A stretch of DNA of 64,000 nucleotides from Promethearchaeota archaeon (GTDB lineage: Archaea > Asgardarchaeota > Lokiarchaeia > Sigyniarchaeales > SOKP01), in the NCBI GenBank assembly GCA_030599585.1, contig JAUVNS010000006.1, positions 64,001 to 128,000 on the forward strand. Direction: 5' to 3'. A model generated the notes under the pieces. The model was not told the origin of the DNA. It saw nothing but the letters and a program-made list of their open reading frames with translations, and did no database searches. Below are positions 1-10,518 of the stretch, piece after piece. A program made the position numbers and the translations under genes. How positions within the stretch are numbered: position 1 is the first letter of the stretch; every line of letters starts with the position of its first letter.

Positions 1-53
1 ATTTTCGTACTCAACACCTAATCTTAATTAAAAATAAAAAGGTTTAGTAGAAA

Positions 54-509
54 ATGAGTGAAAAAAAAGTAAAGAAGAAAGATTCGAACGAACTTTTAAA
101 CATTTTAATGATTATACTGGGTATATTATTCTTGTTTAAAGGCGTAATGGACTTCTTGGCATGGGCAGGAATCATAGTTCCTTCTTGGTTAAGTACTTTC
201 GCATCTGATCCTAATTTAGCGGCTGCTCTTACATTGTTCGGAAGTCAAGGTTTAATTTCAATAGCACTGGGATTCTGGTGTCTTGTAGCAGGAATTGGTA
301 TGTTCAGAGAAGAAGAATATGCCATGGGAATAGGTTTAGTAGTTCTTTCTCTTATGGCGCTTACTGGAGTAACCTCAGTTATAGGATGGTTTACTAATCC
401 GGCATCATTTGATGTAGCTTATTGGCCAAATTATATAATTTTGGGTGCCTTTATAATTGGAGTGCTCGGATTTATTTGGTTGCTTGTAACCTATAAAAGA
501 TACGATTAA
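54..509 (+). CDS. Small integral membrane protein (about 4 TM), unknown function
   Basis: 151-aa ORF with four hydrophobic segments, followed by a T-rich tract. Confidence 0.8.
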   Translation: MSEKKVKKKDSNELLNILMIILGILFLFKGVMDFLAWAGIIVPSWLSTFASDPNLAAALTLFGSQGLISIALGFWCLVAGIGMFREEEYAMGIGLVVLSLMALTGVTSVIGWFTNPASFDVAYWPNYIILGAFIIGVLGFIWLLVTYKRYD

Positions 510-528
510 AGAATTTTAAAACTATAAA

Positions 529-547
529 TATTTTTTTTTATTTTTTC
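529..547 (+). terminator. Oligo-T archaeal-type terminator
   Basis: T-run just after the stop of 54..509, between convergent genes. Confidence 0.5.
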
Positions 548-578
548 TATAAGAGATTCAAAACTTCTTATTTATAAC

Positions 579-1541
579 TTATAGCAAGCACAAACCAAAT
601 AACTGTGTTTTAGAATAAGATTCTTCTTTAATATCGCTCTGTTCTTTTAGAAATTGCGTTAATGGAATACCTTTTTCATATAGTTCGCTAAATTTCTCAT
701 TGAAAATTTTATAAATGTTAGTATTTCGTGATATGTAAGCTCCTATCAATTTATTAGTAGGATCAAAACTTGGTTGAACCAATTCACTATCGGTTAAATT
801 AAAATTACTGAAATCCTCATCTGTAACACGAACAGAGATATTTTTAAAAAGTAAATCGTATGGTTTGAGATAATTGGAAACCAGTTGGAACTCTTCACTC
901 ATTAATAATTCCTTAATTACTTCGGTGTTAAAGATTACTTGGATATCAATATTGATTAGGTTTTCTTTAATTTTTGTTATACCCGATTGCATAGATTCAC
1001 TTAAATCTTCAGGAATACTAGAAATCCCGTATTTTTTAATAACTGAACTAAATTCGTTTTCATATCGGATTCCTAAGGCAATTTTACATTCTTTTTCGGC
1101 TAAAAATGAGTGATAAGTCTCTCCAATATTTTTTAGGTTATAATTAACGAACTCTACGAACTCTTGAGTTACTTGTTCACTCAAATTATAATTTTGAATA
1201 AAATCTGAAAGCGCATTTTCTGCCTCCTCTTTTTTTTCTTGGAATAATTGAGACAGTTCCTCAATTCTTTCGTTAATAATAGTTTGCCATATGGATATAG
1301 GGGGATTTGTTAAGTGAATTTTCATGGGGCGATCGTATATTTGAACTAATCCAAGATCGTTCAAAACCGCACAAATTTTATATCCTCTTTTTAAGGTCAA
1401 ATTGAATTGCGTGCTGACTTCATTTAAGTTGTCAATTCTCTTATGTTTAAGCAAATAGTGGTATATTTTCTCGATGCCTTTTTCAATAATTCCTATTGCA
1501 TCGAATAGAGAACTGAGAGCTAAAAATTCACGGTCAGACAT
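579..1541 (-). CDS. TrmB-like transcriptional regulator (N-terminal wHTH, coiled coil, C-terminal effector-like domain)
   Basis: EKIYHYLLKH..LNEVSTQFNL...GYKICAVLNDLGLVQ..DRPMKI..PP followed by a coiled-coil segment, as in TrmB. Confidence 0.65.
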   Translation of the reverse strand: MSDREFLALSSLFDAIGIIEKGIEKIYHYLLKHKRIDNLNEVSTQFNLTLKRGYKICAVLNDLGLVQIYDRPMKIHLTNPPISIWQTIINERIEELSQLFQEKKEEAENALSDFIQNYNLSEQVTQEFVEFVNYNLKNIGETYHSFLAEKECKIALGIRYENEFSSVIKKYGISSIPEDLSESMQSGITKIKENLINIDIQVIFNTEVIKELLMSEEFQLVSNYLKPYDLLFKNISVRVTDEDFSNFNLTDSELVQPSFDPTNKLIGAYISRNTNIYKIFNEKFSELYEKGIPLTQFLKEQSDIKEESYSKTQLFGLCLL

Positions 1542-1553
1542 TCAATCACCCAT

Positions 1554-2084
1554 TTACTTATTTTCAATTTTTTCTAACGTCAGTTCTGTTAGAACCTCAA
1601 ATGTTTTATTTACATTTTGACCAGTTTTGCTGGATATTTCACCAAATGATGCCATATTATTCTTTTCGGCAATTTGTATCCCGTATTCGCGAGAAACTTC
1701 GCGTGGAGTATCGGTAAGATCGATTTTAGACCCAACAAGCATAATTGGTATAAGTCCTCCTTTCTGGTGAACAATATTTGTCCATTCACTGATATTATCA
1801 AGAGTTTGAGTCCGTGTCACATCGTAAAGTAGGAATGCAGCATTCGCACCTAAACAATATGTAGGGAGTAGGAATCTAAACCTTTCTTCTCCGCCAACGT
1901 CCCAGATTTGGAGTTTTATCTTTTTTCCCTGCAGTTCAATCGTTTTAACATGAAAATCAACTCCAATAGTTAATCGCTCGCTAGGATTAAAGACATTATA
2001 ACAATATCGTTTAGTGAAAGAAGTTTTACCAACGGATGCGTCACCGAGCAATAAAATTTTAAAAGTATAGTCATACGACGACAT
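1554..2084 (-). CDS. Rab-like small GTPase (Ras superfamily)
   Basis: G1 GDASVGKT, RabF-like TIGVDF, KLQIWD and ERFR, G3 DVGG, G4 SKID, G5 SSK. ATG at 2084 preferred over GTG at 2093. Confidence 0.95.
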   Translation of the reverse strand: MSSYDYTFKILLLGDASVGKTSFTKRYCYNVFNPSERLTIGVDFHVKTIELQGKKIKLQIWDVGGEERFRFLLPTYCLGANAAFLLYDVTRTQTLDNISEWTNIVHQKGGLIPIMLVGSKIDLTDTPREVSREYGIQIAEKNNMASFGEISSKTGQNVNKTFEVLTELTLEKIENK

Positions 2085-2302
2085 CTTTAACACCTTTGTA
2101 CATTTTTTTTATACCATCAACCGTATTAATTAAAATTAAGTAATGGTTAGATTTTATTAAAAATTTCATATTTTGGGTCGTAAAACCTATTTATATATAT
2201 AATTATAAATGTAGTTTTTAATTCTTTACTTTTTGTTTAAAATAAGATATCAAAGAACAAATTAAAGGGAAGATGTAGGAATCATTTAAAAAAGCGTCAA
2301 GC

Positions 2303-2857
2303 CTACTCAAAAATTTCTTTTAGATTATCGAAAATTATGGGATTTAACTCTTTATTTAAATGATTCTTTAATTCAGAATAAATTATAGGATTTTTGATGT
2401 GTTTTGATAAAAATTTAATAACGCTCCATCTTACCGAATCGTCTGGATCGTCCAATAAAGGGAGTAGGAATTTCATATATCTTACGTCGTCGTTTTCTTT
2501 AATTTTCATTATAGCTCGAGCTCTAACGATAAAATCGGGGCTATATATTTGTGGTAGCAAATGATATTCTACAGCTTCGTTGTTTATAAAATTGAGAATA
2601 AACTGAAATAATTCTTTTTTAAAATCGTGAGATTGGTCCAATTCTGCAACTATATTTTTAATCGTTGCTTCTGGGACTCTATTCCCCAATTTTAAAAGAC
2701 TTTCAAACGAAATAAAGAATTTATCCGATACATCGTATTTCAGATAATTTAAAAGCTTCATAATTATTTTGTCGTCAACTTTTGAAACTTCAATGACATC
2801 CCAATTAGGATTATCTGTGTCGTTGATATTATCCCCTAAATATTTCACAGTATACAC
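2303..2857 (-). CDS. HEAT-repeat protein
   Basis: SPDFIVRARAI and LLPLLDDPDDSVRWSVI are HEAT-like repeats. Confidence 0.7.
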   Translation of the reverse strand: MYTVKYLGDNINDTDNPNWDVIEVSKVDDKIIMKLLNYLKYDVSDKFFISFESLLKLGNRVPEATIKNIVAELDQSHDFKKELFQFILNFINNEAVEYHLLPQIYSPDFIVRARAIMKIKENDDVRYMKFLLPLLDDPDDSVRWSVIKFLSKHIKNPIIYSELKNHLNKELNPIIFDNLKEIFE

Positions 2858-3069
2858 TCGATATAATTTAATCTTAAGTATAGTTTTAAATTACACAATT
2901 ACCTTTAAATAATGTATTATTAAAACAAAAATAATTGACTAAATCCATTAGTAATTTTTTGACAATTAAATTCAAGTAAGTACTAATTAATTGATTAATA
3001 TAAATCGAAAATCCGAAGAAATTCTGAAAGATTACTTAAAAAAAATAAAATTAGTGAATACTCGTATCA

Positions 3070-3927
3070 TTAATTTGAAATTAAATTGTTAGTATTGTTA
3101 TAGAATATATCTTGCTTTTGGTCACTCTTAATTGGTAAACACATTATTTTTTCTATTTCAAGCTGAATAGGATTAGTGACGGGCGCATCTGATCCAAATA
3201 AAAGTCTTTTATGACCAATCATCTTCACTAAGGATAATATTGCGTATGGTATTGAACATGAGGTTTCAAAGTAGATGTTTTTATATTGTTTTAGACTCAG
3301 ACCAAAGTCTATCGCAAATTCCATGGCTAGTCCCGCATGACCCAAAATGATATGTAAGTCTGGAAAACTTTGAGCTAATTTTGCAAGATCTTTGGAGGAA
3401 ATTCCTCCAAAAGCTGAAAATTTTGGTGTAAAGTGAATATATAAAGGAAAGCTCTTGTTATATTCTTGCATGAAAGAGGCTAAAGTCATTATATCCCTCG
3501 GAATTTTTACGAGATGAATTCCTGAATGGATTTTTACACCACAAAAACCCATTTTAAAATGATTTTCTAATATCTTATAGTTTTTATCTTCTTCATCCCG
3601 ATCGATTTTAGGATTGAACCAAAAGAACTTGAAAAACCTTTCAGGATCTAATTTTGAGATATTTATAACATCCTGGTGATCCAATTGATCCTTAGGCATC
3701 AAATTTCTCAAATTTTCAAAAGCTTTTTTAACTCGATTTTCATTAGACACCTCTTCTCCAATTCCATTATCGTCTTTAGTGAAAATTTTAGAACTCGCTG
3801 CTCTATTGACTGTAGTTATTATTGCCTTTTCGACATTGTATTTGTCCAAATAACTCAGAAGATCTTCATTTTTTCCAAGAAATGTCCCGTAAGTGTGGAG
3901 ATGTGCGTCGAAAATTTTATACTGCAT
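3070..3927 (-). CDS. Amidohydrolase family (Amidohydro_2 type) metal-dependent hydrolase
   Basis: DAHLH, GVKIH, IILGHAG, YFETS, LFGSDAP motifs. Confidence 0.9.
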   Translation of the reverse strand: MQYKIFDAHLHTYGTFLGKNEDLLSYLDKYNVEKAIITTVNRAASSKIFTKDDNGIGEEVSNENRVKKAFENLRNLMPKDQLDHQDVINISKLDPERFFKFFWFNPKIDRDEEDKNYKILENHFKMGFCGVKIHSGIHLVKIPRDIMTLASFMQEYNKSFPLYIHFTPKFSAFGGISSKDLAKLAQSFPDLHIILGHAGLAMEFAIDFGLSLKQYKNIYFETSCSIPYAILSLVKMIGHKRLLFGSDAPVTNPIQLEIEKIMCLPIKSDQKQDIFYNNTNNLISN

Positions 3928-3971
3928 AACTCTATTGCATTGAAATTAATTATTAGGTTAAAAATCTTCTA

Positions 3972-5132
3972 TTAATAATTTCCGAACTCATTAGCTGCAT
4001 CAAACATTGCTACTATATTTTGAGGTGGGACCTCCGCTGTGATGTTATGAATGTTAGATGCGATAAAACCTCCTCCTGGCTTCAAGCATTCAAAGTTTCT
4101 TCTAACTTCTTCTCTAATCTGTTCAGGAGTTCCAAAGGGTAAAGTTTTTTGAGAGTTGCATAAGCCTCCCCAGAACGACATAATATTCCCAAATCTTTTT
4201 TTTAGAGAACAAGGTTCCATATCGTAAGCGCTTATTTGAACTGGATTAACGATATCGTATCCAATTTCAGCGAAGTGAGGGATAAATTGAGAAATTGCTC
4301 CGCACGAATGGTAGTTTATTTTGGCGTCTACTATATCTTGAATTCTTTGTGATAACTTCCATTCAATAGGTTTAATTAATTTTTCGTAAAGTTTTAAACT
4401 CATTATAGGGCCCGCTTGTTCTGCTATGTCTCCGTTAATGCACACAACATCAAGATACTCTCCAACCTCAGTAAGGAAAGTTGTAGCATAATCTGTCCAA
4501 TATTTAAGTAGTTCTTCCATAGTTGCCATTAAGATTTCTGGCTTTGTTCTCAAATATCTTAGCGTTTTGGTAAATCCAAATAAAAAGGTGCAATATTCGT
4601 AGACACAACCAACTGGAGGTGTTGATAAGGCAAAATCTGTTGTTTCATGCATTTTTCTTGCGCGATCTTTCAAGCCAATAAAAGGTGTCTTCTCTAACCC
4701 ATCTGGCCAATCGTAATTCTTTACATCACTTACCGATTTAAAATCAGCAAAGGGATGAATAACAGGATCATAGTATAAAATGTCAGTTATTTTTTTTTTT
4801 GCGTTATTTCCCCAAAACACGCCAAATTGGTCGTATTGCCCTATATATTTTTGTTCGACTTCTGGTTTCATATCTTGAACTCTAATCATTCCTCCTAAAG
4901 GTTGGATGTATCTTACATCAATTTGGAATCGCTCTAGAATTTTCTCGCAAGGTGCGACAATCTGTTGAACGAAATCTGCGTATTGTATGTTATCATCTTC
5001 AATTTCGAGGTATTTAAGCAATTTTTTGTAAGCTATGATATGAATACTTGATTGATTACCACCTAAATCGAGCGGAACTTTGTCCGGTTCTTTATGGTTT
5101 AATGTTACATTTAATCTCTCTCTCGAATTCAT
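3972..5132 (-). CDS. Uroporphyrinogen decarboxylase / MtaA-CmuA methyltransferase family protein
   Basis: MNSRER..LNHKEPDKVP N-terminus, YHSCG, NPVQISA, PGGGFI..HNI..EVPPQN. ATG at 5132 follows GGTG. Confidence 0.9.
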   Translation of the reverse strand: MNSRERLNVTLNHKEPDKVPLDLGGNQSSIHIIAYKKLLKYLEIEDDNIQYADFVQQIVAPCEKILERFQIDVRYIQPLGGMIRVQDMKPEVEQKYIGQYDQFGVFWGNNAKKKITDILYYDPVIHPFADFKSVSDVKNYDWPDGLEKTPFIGLKDRARKMHETTDFALSTPPVGCVYEYCTFLFGFTKTLRYLRTKPEILMATMEELLKYWTDYATTFLTEVGEYLDVVCINGDIAEQAGPIMSLKLYEKLIKPIEWKLSQRIQDIVDAKINYHSCGAISQFIPHFAEIGYDIVNPVQISAYDMEPCSLKKRFGNIMSFWGGLCNSQKTLPFGTPEQIREEVRRNFECLKPGGGFIASNIHNITAEVPPQNIVAMFDAANEFGNY

Positions 5133-5264
5133 GATTTCAACACCAAGCAATAGTTATTTGATTTGATTTGTAGCCACTATAAATTTGTAATAGTAATGCC
5201 TATACTAGAGTTATTTATTTCTTAATTATTAAATTTTTAAACTCTAAATGATAATGAGTTAATT

Positions 5265-6707
5265 ATGGAACGCGAGAAATCTCTTCCAAATATCATACTT
5301 TTTGTGGCTGATGAACTAAGAGGAGATTGCATCTCCCTCGGAGGTAAGAGAAATTCTATTATAAACACACCAAATATTGACAAATTTGCACAAGACGGTG
5401 TCGCTTTTACGAATTGTTTCACTGTTAACCCAGTCTGTGGGCCTTCGAGATGTTGTACTTTTACGGGACAATATGTGCATTCTAACAATCATAGAAGTCT
5501 TTATCAATTGCTACAACCTCATGAAGATAATCTATTCAAATTCTTAAAAGATAAAGGATATACCGTAATTTTAGTAGGTCGGAACGATCTTTTTACAAAA
5601 AAAGCTATTAAAGGCAGCATATCAAAAAGAATTAGAATTAAACCTAGAATGATTAAGACCAATCCTTATCCACTAGAGCATTCAATGAGAAAATCTTTCT
5701 ATTTTGGAATAAGAACGGAAGAAGAGGCAAAGGATATTGATTACAACATCACCCAAGAAGCGATTAACTATTTAAAGTCAAATCCCGGAAAACCTTTTTG
5801 CTTATTCATTGCATTAGGCTTCCCACATCCTCCTTACACAGTAGAGGAACCTTTTTTTTCTATGTACGATCGAGAAAATGTGCCCTCTCCAATACCCCCA
5901 AAATTAGAGGACAAACCAGAATTTATGCGACTAATACATGAAAGATATGGTTTAAACAATTTAGATAAAGGAGATTTTAAAGAAATTATTGCTACTTATT
6001 ACGGAATGGTTTCTCGCGTAGATCACCAATTTGGTTTGATAATCAACCAATTAAAAGAAATAGGAGTTTATGAAAATAGTGCAATAGCCTTTTTTGCAGA
6101 TCATGGAGATTTTCTTGGGGATTATGGTTTAACAGAAAAATGGCCAACCGCGTTCCAAGATTGTTTACTTAACATCCCCTTAATTCTTAAAATTCCCGGC
6201 ATTGAACGAAAAAATGTGATTTACGACCAACTCGTCCAATCTATTGATATTTTTCCAACTATAATGCACATCGCTCAAGTTAGCACTCAATACACTCATT
6301 TTGGCAAAAATTTAATTCCCCTCCTCCAGGGCCATTTAACAAAAGTTAGGAATGCTGTATTTGCAGAAGGAGGTCATAATCCTCGGGAACCGCAATGTTT
6401 TGAACCCGTTATCGCGAGTCCAGAACTACCAGGAATCGGAATTTACTACGACAAAACGAATATACCTAAAGAAGATAGCTCTACTGTGGCACGTTCTGCT
6501 ATGATAAGAACTAAATTATGGAAACTTATTATTCGTGATCAGGGTAAAGAAGAATTATATGATCTTATGTACGATCCTAACGAAGCGAACAATCTTATAG
6601 ATATTTATGCTTACGATAAAGTAAAAACAGACCTCAAAGAACAATTACTTCGGTGGTATTTAAGGACGAGCGACAATGCTGATTGGAAACGGGAGAGAAA
6701 TGTATAG
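5265..6707 (+). CDS. Sulfatase (formylglycine type)
   Basis: PNIILFVADELR, CGPSR..FTGQY (CxPxR), PHPPY, ADHGD, ELYDL..DPNE. Confidence 0.93.
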   Translation: MEREKSLPNIILFVADELRGDCISLGGKRNSIINTPNIDKFAQDGVAFTNCFTVNPVCGPSRCCTFTGQYVHSNNHRSLYQLLQPHEDNLFKFLKDKGYTVILVGRNDLFTKKAIKGSISKRIRIKPRMIKTNPYPLEHSMRKSFYFGIRTEEEAKDIDYNITQEAINYLKSNPGKPFCLFIALGFPHPPYTVEEPFFSMYDRENVPSPIPPKLEDKPEFMRLIHERYGLNNLDKGDFKEIIATYYGMVSRVDHQFGLIINQLKEIGVYENSAIAFFADHGDFLGDYGLTEKWPTAFQDCLLNIPLILKIPGIERKNVIYDQLVQSIDIFPTIMHIAQVSTQYTHFGKNLIPLLQGHLTKVRNAVFAEGGHNPREPQCFEPVIASPELPGIGIYYDKTNIPKEDSSTVARSAMIRTKLWKLIIRDQGKEELYDLMYDPNEANNLIDIYAYDKVKTDLKEQLLRWYLRTSDNADWKRERNV

Positions 6708-6775
6708 AATTTAAAACCTTTTTAGTTTTCAACACAAAAATATTTATAAAATAAAAAAAGAGAGCTCCAATTTAT

Positions 6776-7846
6776 TTAAGGATCGATCTCCTTAGGCTCG
6801 TCCAGAGGTAATCGTTCTTCCATTGGGAAAAAACTTTGCTTTTTATGTGGTTCCGCTTGATACCAATATGCTGTTGAGGAAAAATCGTCGGATCGTTGAT
6901 TTGCATGACCATGTTCTATTTTAACCGATATATTTTTATGGAAATATATTGGATCTTCTATGTGATACCTATAATAAGATATTTTACCGCTCCACTTGCT
7001 TCCACCAGGAATAGTCACTCCAAAGTACGGGGAACAATAGAATTGGGAAGGGCACCATGCGCCGCAGAAATAATCTTCGGTGCCCGTGCCATATAAAATT
7101 GTCTCTTCGTCATCAATAACGATGTAATCGTCGCCTTCCCCAGGCCACCAATGATCGTTCTTTACCGTATTTTCAGGCGTCATCAGATTATGGATATTTA
7201 AATGACACCCAACAAAGTGTCCTTGTCCTTCTGCGTCAAGAATTAGATAATCACCCTCATGTGTAGGGTTTTTCTTAATAAAACGTTCTACTTTTTTTCC
7301 CGTACCGTAGGGTTTTCCATCACATGGGTTTTGCCGATTCCAGAAAGCATGAAATCTCCCAAGATCGTTTGAGATATTACTATATTCTTCGTAATCTATA
7401 TAAAAATATATAACGGTAGTAAGATCTGATTGGTTTTCTACTTCAATCTTAGCCCGAGAAGCATAAGGCATTGGAAAAAAACAGTTAAAGCCCTTACCAT
7501 CCTCTGGACCGTTAGAGAAAGGAAGACTCCAAAAATTTACGGTCTTGCCATGACCAACTCCAAAAAAGTCTCCTATCGGGACCTCAACAGAAGGGTGTTC
7601 CTCGTTATCCCACCACATCCTCAAAACCATCTTTCGTAGATAATTAGGGTCAGCAGAAGCAATAGTCATCCAGATATGTTTGATAATACCAGCACCTTTT
7701 ATGTCGCAGATTTGATAGCTTTCATTAGGATTTAATAGAACATTATCCATATTAGACCCCGTTTTATCATAACTAGAAACTCGTTTCCTTTTTACATCCT
7801 TTCTTATTTGAGCCAAATTTGCTAAAGAATTCATTCCGATTTTCAT
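6776..7846 (-). CDS. DUF2961 / glycoside hydrolase family 172 protein
   Basis: SSYD.TG.N.D, G.I.HIW.T, SVEVPIGDFFG, FNCFFPMPY, WWPGEGD, GTGTEDYF, YRYHIEDPI.F, AYWYQ. Confidence 0.9.
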   Translation of the reverse strand: MKIGMNSLANLAQIRKDVKRKRVSSYDKTGSNMDNVLLNPNESYQICDIKGAGIIKHIWMTIASADPNYLRKMVLRMWWDNEEHPSVEVPIGDFFGVGHGKTVNFWSLPFSNGPEDGKGFNCFFPMPYASRAKIEVENQSDLTTVIYFYIDYEEYSNISNDLGRFHAFWNRQNPCDGKPYGTGKKVERFIKKNPTHEGDYLILDAEGQGHFVGCHLNIHNLMTPENTVKNDHWWPGEGDDYIVIDDEETILYGTGTEDYFCGAWCPSQFYCSPYFGVTIPGGSKWSGKISYYRYHIEDPIYFHKNISVKIEHGHANQRSDDFSSTAYWYQAEPHKKQSFFPMEERLPLDEPKEIDP

Positions 7847-8035
7847 GAAAATATCCCTTACTTATTTTAATTTTTTAATTGAACGTGAGGTTCATACTCC
7901 AAAACGTTAGGAAAAATAAATTTATATTGGTTACAGAATTTCCTTATTAAATTTAGAAAATACGAGAGGAGATTTAAAATTTCATCAGGCGGAGAATTAG
8001 GCAAGCATACAAAAATTTTATTAATCGTAGTTCTA

Positions 8036-9193
8036 ATGTCAACAGCGTTCAGAAGTATGGGGTTGAGTATTATCCAAATCGGTTTGCCTTCCTTTGTTGA
8101 AAGTCTTGCTGGCTCTCTAACTTCCTATGGAATAATAATTGGTATTTTCTCCGTGACTCAAAGTATTTTACAATATCCTTATGCAGCACTCTCAGATAAA
8201 TTAGGACGGCGAAAAGTAGTCCTATTCGGAATGTTTGTATATTTATTAGGAACATTTTTATGTTTTACAGCTCAAGATGTAATCCAATTAACCATCTACA
8301 GAGCAATTCAAGGAGCAGGGGCTTACACATCAATTTTACAAGCAGTAATTGGCGATATCTACAAAAAGGATCAACATAGTAAGGGAATGGGTTATTATTC
8401 ATTATACATGAATGTGGGATTCTTTCTTGGATTCATAATAGGGGGTTTTGTTGCAAGTTTCTTTGGGTTTAGGAGCATTTTCTTGATATCAGGATTCTTA
8501 ATAATCTTTAGTATAGTGTTTATTTTTTTCACTCTGAAAGATGATAATAAAACGGAGAAGAGTGAGAATCAAGATAAAAATATGGAGTTCAACATAACAA
8601 ATATAAAAATTCTCCTTAAAGAGCGTCAATATATCTTTACGCTAATATTAAATAGTATGAGATGGTTTTTATTTGGATTTATTACTGCTTATTTGATATG
8701 GGTTTTACAAGACAACGTAAAAGGTTTTGGATTGGATGAATTCACTTCAAGTTATTTAATGCTGGTTGTTATGGCTATTTATGTTGTTTTTATTTTTATA
8801 GCCAGTAAGTTATTAAATCGATATGGACCTCGAAAATTGATGATGGTAGGACAAATAATAGTTATGTTGTTCGGAATTCCTTTCTTTTTTGGAGATTTTG
8901 TTATGAACCTACCTGTGTTTTTGATTGTAGTATCATTTTTGGCAATAGGTATAGCTTTGTTTGATCCCGCGGGCATTACTCTTTTATTAGAAGTAATTGA
9001 AGATATTCAACCTAAGTTAAAGGGTTCGGGGATCGGATTCAATAATGCGATCGGCCTTTTCTGTGGAGCAATCGCTCCAATGATCATGAGTCCTTTAGGT
9101 GAAATAGAAATCTTGTTTCCTTTTTATGTCGTTTTTGGTTTGATGATTGTATCTCTTACGATAACTAAATTTTTAGTAGATAAGAAATTTTAA
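8036..9193 (+). CDS. MFS transporter (true start probably upstream, see findings)
   Basis: About 12 TM segments, motif A LSDKLGRRKV, RAIQGAG. Confidence 0.9.
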   Translation: MSTAFRSMGLSIIQIGLPSFVESLAGSLTSYGIIIGIFSVTQSILQYPYAALSDKLGRRKVVLFGMFVYLLGTFLCFTAQDVIQLTIYRAIQGAGAYTSILQAVIGDIYKKDQHSKGMGYYSLYMNVGFFLGFIIGGFVASFFGFRSIFLISGFLIIFSIVFIFFTLKDDNKTEKSENQDKNMEFNITNIKILLKERQYIFTLILNSMRWFLFGFITAYLIWVLQDNVKGFGLDEFTSSYLMLVVMAIYVVFIFIASKLLNRYGPRKLMMVGQIIVMLFGIPFFFGDFVMNLPVFLIVVSFLAIGIALFDPAGITLLLEVIEDIQPKLKGSGIGFNNAIGLFCGAIAPMIMSPLGEIEILFPFYVVFGLMIVSLTITKFLVDKKF

Positions 9194-9197
9194 TAAT

Positions 9198-9617
9198 TCA
9201 TACCTCTCCCGTTATTTGAACGTATACCTTTCGATTTCTTGGTCCATCATATTCTGCTATCATTATGCCTTGCCATGTTCCTAGCATTAATTTACCCTCG
9301 TGAATTAGAAGACTTATTGAATTTCCCGTTAAGGAACATTTAATGTGAGCATCAGAATTCCCTTCACCGTGCTTAAAAGAGCATCCTAACCCTCCACCTT
9401 TAGGAATTAACTTATTTAGATAATTCGCGACATCCTTCATTACGGATCTATCTGCGTTTTCGTTTATAGTTATTCCCGCAGTTGTGTGGGGGACGAATAC
9501 GCGACAGGTACCTTCGTTGATCTTAGAATCTTTCACGATTTTTTTAATTTCATCTGTAATTTCTAGTAATACTTCTCTTTCAGGGGTTTTTACTCTAAAT
9601 TCTTCAAATACAATCAT
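9198..9617 (-). CDS. yjbQ: YjbQ/UPF0047 family (secondary thiamine-phosphate synthase)
   Basis: PHTTAGITINEN, EGNSDAHIK, LGTWQGI..EYDGPR. Confidence 0.93.
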   Translation of the reverse strand: MIVFEEFRVKTPEREVLLEITDEIKKIVKDSKINEGTCRVFVPHTTAGITINENADRSVMKDVANYLNKLIPKGGGLGCSFKHGEGNSDAHIKCSLTGNSISLLIHEGKLMLGTWQGIMIAEYDGPRNRKVYVQITGEV

Positions 9618-9647
9618 TTTATCACCATTTTAAGGACAAATTTATAG

Positions 9648-10418
9648 TCAAGTATTATTAAAATTACCATGCTTTCCTTTCCCTTTTACAAAAGTTTTGC
9701 TTCCCTCCAAGTATTCTCCACTTTCAAGCGTTTTTAAACCAAGTTCAAATTCTTTTATCATGCCTTCGTCAACACTTAATCCCATTTGACTATAAACAGA
9801 AAGACGGTCATTTCTCATGCAAGTTTGAGGAAAAGCAGCAATTTCTCGAGCTAAATTTTCGGCTTCAATTCTTGCTTCGCCAATTTCTACTACTCGATTA
9901 GCTAACCCCCAAGTTAAAGCTTCTTCAGCATCTACGGGTCGCCCCGTTAGAATCATATCTAAAGCACGACTTAGTCCAATAATTCGCGGTAACCTAACTG
10001 TACCACCATCTACTAGAGGAACTCCAAATCTACGACAAAATACGCCAAAAATTGCATTTTTCTCAACAATGCGCATGTCACACCACAATGCAAGTTCTAA
10101 GCCACCAGCAACAGCAAAGCCAGCTATGGCTGCGATAACTGGTTTGTTTAAACGCATTCTCGTTGGACCCATTGGTCCATCTCCTTCTTTTTCTATTGTA
10201 TTTCCTCGTCCTTCAGTAATCGCCTTTAAATTGGCACCAGAACAGAAAGTCCCATTAGCACCCCATAACACAGCAACTAAAGCTTTTTTATCGCCTTCGA
10301 ATGATCTAAAAGCGGAACTTAGTTCTCGAGCCGTAGTGCCATCAACAGCGTTTTTAGTTTCGAGATTATCAATGATAATAGTAAAAACAGGGTAATTCTT
10401 CTCAATTAATACTACCAT
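9648..10418 (-). CDS. Enoyl-CoA hydratase/isomerase (crotonase)
   Basis: FCSGANLK, KPVIAAIAGFAVAGGLELALWCDMR, GVPLVDGGTVRLPR. Confidence 0.93.
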   Translation of the reverse strand: MVVLIEKNYPVFTIIIDNLETKNAVDGTTARELSSAFRSFEGDKKALVAVLWGANGTFCSGANLKAITEGRGNTIEKEGDGPMGPTRMRLNKPVIAAIAGFAVAGGLELALWCDMRIVEKNAIFGVFCRRFGVPLVDGGTVRLPRIIGLSRALDMILTGRPVDAEEALTWGLANRVVEIGEARIEAENLAREIAAFPQTCMRNDRLSVYSQMGLSVDEGMIKEFELGLKTLESGEYLEGSKTFVKGKGKHGNFNNT

Positions 10419-10518
10419 GTAATTTATTAGAATTAGAAGATTGATAAATTTAATTTAGGGATAAACTTTTGTTCTTTCACCATTTATTTCATAGTAAATT
10501 ATTGGAGAGTTTGGAATA

